From contig CAWBAT010000006.1 of assembly GCA_963786955.1 (NCBI GenBank), positions 32,001 to 96,000 on the forward strand: a stretch of DNA of 64,000 nt, in the 5' to 3' direction. Both the position numbers and the translations under genes were made by a program. This document shows positions 56,902-64,000 of the stretch, piece after piece. Position 1 is the first letter of the stretch, and every line of letters begins with the position of its first letter. This DNA comes from an uncultured Acidimicrobiia bacterium (GTDB taxonomy: Bacteria; Acidobacteriota; Terriglobia; Versatilivoradales; Versatilivoraceae). Below the pieces are notes generated by a model. That model was not told where the DNA came from and did no database searches. It saw only the letters and a program-made list of their open reading frames with translations.

Positions 56902-59399
56902 TCAGAGAGTTTTGTTGGTGCAGAGTATCTGATGATTATCATCAAGTGACACTTTCAGTGGCTTGGAGCCTACGGTCAGTCGAAAGGAAGTTTCTTTTCC
57001 CGAAACGTCAACACGGCCAACCTTTACCACCTTCTCTCCGGGAAATGGGCAAACACCTCGATGGGCATGGTGAAGTTTTCTGAAACATCCTCTTGAAGAA
57101 TCTTTCCCTTCACGACCACTTTCCCTTCCTGGAGTGGAACTAGGGAATAGCTGAGGCGATAAGTGGGGATGCCTGTATCATAGACCCATTCCTCAAAGAA
57201 CCAGTCCAATTTTCGGTTGCCTTCCAGATCCATTCCCTTGGTCATATGCTTTTCAGCAGCCCGCTGCAGGTCCGCCGTAGTGATCGGCTTCCCGCTATAA
57301 GTACTCATGAGCTCTTTCACGAACAACTGAAAGCGTGCTTCAGACCCCATGGAAGAGGACTGAAACAAATATCGCAACATATGAAAAATCCAGGCCCCCT
57401 TCTCATAAACGACGGTCACATAACCGTCCGGAAACTTAGAAGAGTGAAGACGCGTTCCCAACCAAACGGGTCCTGTGCTTTCTGCACTCAGGTGATCCTT
57501 TCTCTCGGTTTGAAGCTTTTGACGGGAAATTCGCATCACTTCCTGAAACTGCCGCTCGTCAGAAGTCTTGGACATCAGGGACATATAGCTCAAATAGGTA
57601 CTAAAACCTTCGGTGATCCACAAATCGTGATAACTCTTCCCGACGACCTGGTTTCCCCACCACTGATGTGCCAGTTCATGGGCAGGTAAACAATCATAGA
57701 AATACGTCTGCCCGTCCTTTTCGAGGCCCAAACGGTCTCGCTGGGTAGGGCTCAGGAATGAAAGACTGGAGACATACAAGAGCGAAGGCCAGCCCTGCCC
57801 AAACCGGCCCGGAATCTGCGACACCGACAATTTCCCGTAAGGAAAATCCCCTAGCATCGTCTGGAAGAAATCCACCGTGCCGGCAATTTTTTCCGCAAGG
57901 ACTTTGGCCAATTGGGTCGTATCGAAATCCAACTCGCTTAAGGGTGGAGGGTCTGGAATAATCTCCGTCAAAGAGTCGCCCTTGTAACGATTGCTGTTGC
58001 TCGTGCAATTGCCGCAAGAAATCGACTCGCGACAGGATTTCGGTATAGACATTTTCGATATTCCGATTGGCAAAGACTTCAATCGGGATTCTTCCGGCCA
58101 TCCGAGTCGTCTTTTGATATTCACCGTAATTAAAGCCCGCCAAGGGAATCTCACCACCACTGGTCCAAGTCGAATATTTAAGAGTACCGTCTTCCCATTC
58201 CTTCTCGAGATTCCCGGTTGCGGTAATCGTGTAGCCTTTTGGATATTGGAACTGCAAGCGGTATTGCGCCAGGTCAGTAGGCCCGGTGTTCGGATACCAA
58301 CTTCCCCGCGCACCCACGTAAAAAACTCCACTTCCGACGCGTGAGATGACTTCCCCGGAGTATTGGAATTGGAGCGACATTCTTTGGCCGCGTCGAGTGG
58401 GTTCGGGCAGGAGGAGAAGGATTAGGTCGTGGCTCGGGCGGCTGATATCTTCTCCTCCGATCAATTCGGTGGCTTGGCAAAATCGCAACTCCTTCTGATG
58501 ATCATTGATAACGCGAACGGCTTTCAGCAAATGGGAAAAGTCAAAAGTGAGAACCCACGCCCCTTCTTTTTCGCAGACTAGGTCAATGTCGGCCGTTCCG
58601 GACACATGGTCATTCTTGTCGATTTGGGTCACGACATTGAAATTCTTCACATCGATCCGTTCACCGGAATGGGTTCTCGTCGGAACCACGCTCCGTCTTC
58701 TCGCGGGTGCTGAAACGGCACCAATTGTCATAATAGCTCTTCTCTCCGACTTGGCGGTACTGGCCCAGAAAAGTGTCTTCATTATTTCTCTGGTTGCAGC
58801 CCACGTCGAAGAAACCCAGGGTACGTCCCAAAAATCTCGCGTTGAGCATCGGCCGATGCCGTCCGCTGGCCAGATCCTCCATAATGCGATAATTCATCAA
58901 AGCCGCACTCCGTAGTTTAGATTCAAACTCTTCCGAACAGCGCATTTTCTTGGAGGACCTGAAGCTCAGGTTTATCGCCCAACTGTTCCATGAGCTCTTC
59001 ATAACTTTTGTCGGTAAATCGGAGAAAGGCCTCGCTGAAATGCTCACTCAAGATCGGGGAACCTGTGAAAAAGTTAAGCTGTTGTCTTTCCATTTTGCTG
59101 GGTGGCCGAAAAACTATGGTTCCTTTTCCCCAGAAGAGCAACCCGGTCACTGCGCCGTTTATGGGTGCGAGAAAGATCATTCTGCCGCGTTCAAAATTCA
59201 ATGTGAAAGCAGTTCGCCGCAACACCAGATCGCGCACGACAAAGGTACTTGGCGAGTCAAAATGAATTTCTTCGAGGCTCTTCAAAAGTGAGGCCGGTTC
59301 ATTTGGAGCGGTTTCCAATGTCAGGTTTGGTCTTGGAAGGAGAATCCAACTAGCCACAAACAGCCACTTGAGCGTCAGGAGCCACCTTTGATGAATCAC
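56902..59399 (-). CDS. Secreted M1-family aminopeptidase, frameshifted
   Basis: GQGWPSLLY, HELAHQWWGN...WITEGFSTY, YEKGAWIFHMLR, WFFEEWV; pieces 58923-59399, 58661-59047, 57694-58782, 57024-58331; final frame ends at 56902. Confidence 0.88.
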
Positions 59400-59609
59400 A
59401 GGGACCTCGGGAGAGGCGTTTGATTGTGTCCTGCTAGGATTCTAGCATAATGGGAATGAAAAGGTGCTGGGAGGGGAAAGGGATCAGGCGGGCTCGACAG
59501 CAGTGGAGAGATCACGGACTAACGCAAGGATTAAAAATCGGGTTCGCTTAGACTGTCTGGTTTCAAAGAAGAAATAGCCCTGGATGAATACTGCCCAAAA
59601 ACCGTCTCT

Positions 59610-60269
59610 TTAATAGCGTCGATTGCGTTGTCGTGTGATATCAAATTTAGCAGTGTCGGCAATTGCCATCACAGCCATGACACCGGCCTGGACGGGATCA
59701 CTCACGACGAGGTCGGCAACCTCTGGAACACTTCCTGCCATATTTAAGGAGATGACCAGAATCCCTTTCTCTCGAATCTCCTTGACTGCGTCGACAATTT
59801 CTCCGCCCATCAAGGCTCCTGCCATGACCAGAATTTTTGCTCGGGGAAGTATCGCCACCGCTCTCACTGCAGCGGCAAGTTCTGCTTCGCCCACTAGCGG
59901 GATCGTATCGACGGAAATCCGCTCCCCCCGAATATTATGCCGGTCGGCTTCGCTGATGGCGCCTAGCGCCACCTGCCCGACTTGGGCGCCCCCTCCAATA
60001 ATGATCACCCGTTTGCCATAGATTTTCAGTAGCGTATCGGGCTGCTCAATCGAGCGAACGGCCGGAACATCCTTCAGGTCAGTGATCAAGCGGTTGATGT
60101 CAGTGACATCTTGCAGCTCAAGGTAGATACTTGCTGACTCTTGAGCCCGGCCCACGATTTCTACGGTGCGGATGTTCACCTGATGCAGGGCAATGACTTT
60201 AGTGAGCTGATAGAGGACACCGGGTTGATCCTGAGCACTAATCAATAAAGCGATTTTCGTGGGATTCAT
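59610..60269 (-). CDS. ACT-domain protein of COG1707/DUF5612 type
   Basis: N-terminal ACT (AQDQPGVLYQLT); GKRVIIIGGGAQVGQVALGAISEADRHNIRGERISVDTIPLVGE...SLNMAGSVP..ADLVVSDPVQAGVMAVM. Confidence 0.85.
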   Translation of the reverse strand: MNPTKIALLISAQDQPGVLYQLTKVIALHQVNIRTVEIVGRAQESASIYLELQDVTDINRLITDLKDVPAVRSIEQPDTLLKIYGKRVIIIGGGAQVGQVALGAISEADRHNIRGERISVDTIPLVGEAELAAAVRAVAILPRAKILVMAGALMGGEIVDAVKEIREKGILVISLNMAGSVPEVADLVVSDPVQAGVMAVMAIADTAKFDITRQRNRRY

Positions 60270-60661
60270 TCGTCTTCTCTTTAGTCTAGTGACGCAATCT
60301 TCGAAACAATGGGGGATCCGGACTCCAATGGAATGATTCCCGAAGCCTAATCCATCGAGTGTCTCAAGTCAAGGCAGGCCCAGCCAAAACAAACTTGCGA
60401 GTACCCTGAAAAACGACTACCCTAGAATTCAGTCGCAGGAGCAGATGTTGCCGCTTGCCCCGCTGGTGCCGGCCGGGTCAGCGCCTCCGGCTGCAGCCTG
60501 TTCGCGGTTTTCGGCCACGGAAAAGACGAAACATTCAGCCCGGAGACTTTGATCCACTTCATTTATCCGCCAATAGATTTTATCCCCAGATTCCTATGTT
60601 CGACAGATCCCGCAGACGGTACATCCACTTAATAGTGCAGCCCGAAGAAAGGAGCTCTCCT

Positions 60662-62024
60662 ATGAAGAATAAATCGAGACGGAAGTTTCTCCAGGAATCG
60701 ATCGCCCTCGGAACCGCAGCCAGTTCTGCGCTAATCGCGGCCAAACCTTCAGGGCACAAACTAGTGCTTCCACATCAAAAATCATGGGGGCAAACGATCG
60801 GATAAGGGTCGCCCAAATCGGTTGCGGAGGTATGGGGCGGGGGGATTTAGGTGATTCGTTGCGAGTGAAAAATGTCGAATGTATCGCTATTTGCGATGTC
60901 GATGATTCGCAAGCCGCAAAGGCGGTGAAGGAGGTCTTGGAGCCTGCCTCTCAAAAACCGTTACTCATTACCCGGGATTTTCGCAAGGTGCTGGAGATGA
61001 AAGACCTCGACGCCGTCGTTGTATCCACTCCGGATCATTGGCACGCTCTGCCAACGGTCATGGCCTGCCAGGCGGGAAAAGATGTTTATGTCGAAAAACC
61101 GCTTTCTTTGACGATTGCCGAAGGCCGAGTCATGGTGGATGCGGCCCGAAAATATAACCGAGTCGTTCAGATGGGAACCCAACAGCGGAGCGCCACTCAT
61201 TTTCAGATGGCGATTGATTATGTGAAGAGCGGAAAATTAGGAAGAATCCGGTTAGTCCGGGCTTGGGCCTACCTTGACTGGAAGGGGGAAACCCCAGTGC
61301 TTCCCGATGGCCCACCTCCAGAAGGCGTTGACTACGACATGTGGCTGGGGCCCGCTCCTAAGCGTCCCTTCAATCCGAATCACTTTATATTTACCTTTCG
61401 CTGGTACTGGGATTATGCCGGCGGGATTGATGACCGACTGGGGAGCCCATATGATCGACATTGCCAATTGGGGGATGGGAATCAAAGCCCCCAGTTCCGC
61501 TTACTCTTATGGCGGAAAATTTGGCTACCCGCACGACGCGATGGAGACTCCGGACACCCAGCAAGTTCTGTGGGCCTTCCCTGAATTCACGATGATTTGG
61601 GAGCACGCATTGGGCGTGGGGCGAGGTCCGGAAGACGCGAGAGCACGGAGTTGCGTTTCATGGCGAGCTAGGTGTCCTTGTCGTCGACCGTGATGGCTGG
61701 GAGATTTTTGCCGAGACGGACAAGATCGACAAGAAAGTCCGCGTTTACAAGTCGATCGGGTTACCTCGCCAAAGCGCCGGAAGGGAGGATTACCATTTCC
61801 TCCACGTTCAGAATTTCTATGACTGCATGCGAACCCGCAAGCACCCGAACTCAGACGTGGAGATCGGCCACAACTCGATGATTGCTTGCCATCTTGGAAA
61901 TATTGCTTTTCGCCTTGGCCGGCAAGTCAACTGGGACGTTGAAAATGAAAAAGTCATTAACGACCCTGAGGCCCAGAAATATGTTTCCAAGCCTTATCGC
62001 GCTCCCTGGAAACTACCAACCTAA
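60662..62024 (+). CDS. Tat-exported Gfo/Idh/MocA oxidoreductase, frameshifted
   Basis: AAGGAG RBS; SRRKFLQ; GANDRIRVAQIGCGGMG, STPDHWH, YVEKP, GTQQRS, DWGAHMID, YRAPWKL. Confidence 0.92.
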
Positions 62025-62083
62025 GGGCTGAAATGTCGTAGTTACGGTGGCGTATCCAGGAGAGGGTCGCATGGGGCTTTACG

Positions 62084-62121
62084 CGGCCTACAATTTGTAG
62101 GCCGGGTCACCGACCCGGCGG
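62084..62121. repeat. GTAG-type REP-like unit
   Basis: CGGCCTACAA-T-TTGTAGGCCG palindrome overlapping hairpin GCCGGGTC-ACC-GACCCGGC. Confidence 0.7.
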
Positions 62122-62183
62122 TTAAACGTACCGTATTTACGAAAGGCAGTATTAAGGGCTGCTATTCATATTGGAGGGATTTC

Positions 62184-62608
62184 ATGGCGGACGACAAAGA
62201 TAAAATCAAGGTGACGGATCGACGGATTTTCGGCGCTGACGGTCAGCTTCTAGAGCCATCTCAATCCCAAGAGTTTGAGAAGAGGTTTTCGGACACGGTG
62301 GATGACTTTTCCGCGGCCTCCAAGCTTCATCAGGCGAAGAGGATCAGCCGATGGAGATGACTTTCCAATTGTTGATCATTTCCTTGAGTACCACGGCCCT
62401 CGTACAACTGGGTATGGCTCCTAATCCGGCCAATGGCAAAACGGAACAGGATCTCGTGAACGCCAAACAAACCATCGATATTCTGGGAATCTTAGAGGAG
62501 AAGTCTAAAGGGAATTTGACTCCGGATGAGTCTCATTTACTCGAACAATGCCTTTACGACCTGAAGATGTCTTACATCAGCCTTATAAAAAAATTGGCAA
62601 AGACCTAG
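62184..62608 (+). CDS. DUF1844 family protein (one frameshift)
   Basis: GGAGG RBS; MADDKDKIKVTDRRIF; F..LIISLSTTALVQLG..P...AKQTIDILGILEEKSKGNL. Confidence 0.85.
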
Positions 62609-62903
62609 GGAAAAAACTAATCCAGCGGGTAAAATACACCTGTCAACAGGCAAATTGCATTCCCAATAATGGAATTTAATTTCCACTCCTACAATTAAAA
62701 ACCGTGGCCGAACTGATTTTTTGCCTAGAAACCCACCTTTTTCACCTAGTGGCGCAATATTATCAATCTGCCGAGAATCTCAATATGATGTGGTACTTTA
62801 GGAAGCAACGACAATATCTTGTGGCAAATGAGAGAATTGGCTATTATTCTGGCCACTTTGTTTGTAAATTAAACATATCCCAAAGCTTGATTCTTATCTA
62901 AAA

Positions 62904-62919
62904 TGGCAAAGTTTTTGCA
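62904..62919 (+). promoter_or_regulatory. sigma54 -24/-12 promoter
   Basis: TGGCAAAGTTTTTGCA has exact GG-N10-GC spacing; preceded by about 280 bp of AT-rich non-coding DNA. Confidence 0.6.
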
Positions 62920-63002
62920 TTCCGGTTTGAAGTCTTTTCACCTTCTGTTTCGATTCCATTTAAGGCAACTTTTATCTTCTATTAGCTATTAGGGTACGCT
63001 GC

Positions 63003-63206
63003 ATGCAAAAGGAAAAAATGCTTCGAGTCCTTGAGTCATTTGAGGACATGCGAAGTGGAAGCCAGTTGTTTCAGATTCATGAGTTGGATCCGAGATATAA
63101 GATTGATCGAATCGTGTATCGCGAGAAATCGCGCGAAGGATGGTTTAAAGAAATAAGTTCCGAAGATTATTTCCGTAAAGTTGACGGTCTCAGAAGGAAG
63201 GCTTAG
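63003..63206 (+). CDS. Small hypothetical protein (67 aa)
   Basis: Charged, protein-like ORF 83 nt downstream of the putative sigma54 promoter; weak RBS. Confidence 0.55.
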   Translation: MQKEKMLRVLESFEDMRSGSQLFQIHELDPRYKIDRIVYREKSREGWFKEISSEDYFRKVDGLRRKA

Positions 63207-63221
63207 ATAGACAACCACTTG

Positions 63222-63467
63222 ATGAACCCCAGCAACCCGGTTGAAATCCAACTAACCCAGACCCTCAAGTCTTTCCTGGACCAAAATGCAATTTTCTTAT
63301 TTCAAACCAATCTTCCCCGGGACGTGAGATGTTACGTTTGCAAAACAACCACGAGCTAAGTCAGCCTCTACCTCAATTACAATTTAACAGGTGAGGCGCT
63401 GATCCTGTGCAGCAAGTGCCACGAGAATTACCAAAATCCCCCCAAAAAGGTAGTCCGCTCCGAATAA
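63222..63467 (+). CDS. Small C4 Zn-finger-like ORF interrupted by in-frame TAA (63357-63359)
   Basis: MNPSNPVEIQLTQTLKSFLDQNAIFLFQTNLPRDVRCYVCKTTTS*VSLYLNYNLTGEALILCSKCHENYQNPPKKVVRSE*. Confidence 0.5.
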
Positions 63468-63674
63468 TCAACCTCTCGGACACCTGTGCGTGAACTTCAC
63501 TCATCGGATTTAGGTTCGGTAGTTCTGCCCCCAGGGATATTCTCCAAGAGAGCCTCAACGCTTCGATTTCGGCCATTTCCGATCTAATTTGGGCTATAAT
63601 TCGCCGCGCTTGGCGTCTGCGCATTGTTGCTTGGCAAGCTGGAAATCCTGACTCCGGGAGTATTTGACTCAATA

Positions 63675-64000
63675 ATGGAGACCTTTCACAATTACAGGGA
63701 TTTCCCCGCTTCCGTTTTTTCCTCATCACCATCGGCAACTTCGATGGCCTCCATATGGGACACCGAGAGGTTCTCAAAAATCTCGTTGCGATCGCCCGGC
63801 AGTCAGGAACCCGATCAGTTCTTGTCACCTTTACTCCACATCCTCTCCAGATCCTGCATCCTGAAAAATCTCCGAAATCAATTCTGCTGCAGGAAGATAA
63901 AATTGAACGGATCGGAGAAATGGGAATCGATTATCTTTTGAACCTTAAGTTCGACCTGACATTTTCAGAAATGAGTGGAGAATCGTTTATCCGTGAAGAT
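63675..64000 (+). CDS. ribF: Bifunctional riboflavin kinase/FAD synthetase, 5' part (indel in T-run near 63720)
   Basis: METFHNYRDF then ITIGNFDGLHMGHREVL...VTFTPHP...GIDYLLNLKFD; runs off window. Confidence 0.93.

Noticed and set aside
60430-60560. Structured ncRNA in the GC-rich stretch upstream of the Gfo/Idh/MocA gene
   Set aside because: No convincing long stem or match to an RNA family I can recognise; an Infernal/Rfam scan would be needed

Overview
Bacterial chromosomal window. The gene repertoire (DUF1549/1553 + DUF1501, planctomycete-type cytochromes, Tat Gfo/Idh/MocA, DUF1844) suggests Acidobacteriota or a similar lineage; this is inference only. Many genes, including essential gyrB and ribF, are split by single-base indels, most simply explained as uncorrected long-read errors. 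Main content in order: 3' end of an SNF2 helicase, RND efflux operon with MarR, heparinase II/III-like and DUF4091 enzymes, solitary gyrB, divergent RpoD-like sigma factor downstream of an orphan NarL-type regulator, a GC-rich insert with an ankyrin/cytochrome c/prenyltransferase-repeat protein, queD, comEC, pterin dehydratase, OPT transporter, beta-oxidation operon, glycine cleavage operon, a REP-flanked RAYT transposase, M1 peptidase, an archaeal-type ACT protein and the start of ribF. No rRNA, tRNA or CRISPR array was seen. The best leads are below or outside the ORF track: an 11-Cys 54-aa microprotein upstream of a cytochrome c, a sigma54 promoter ahead of two small ORFs (one Zn-finger-like with an in-frame stop), twin palindromes linking the orphan regulator to the sigma paralogue, an ATT start in queD, an in-frame TGA in the RAYT, and several families of dispersed palindromic or 7-bp-period repeats. 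I cannot show from sequence alone that any of these is a new system.
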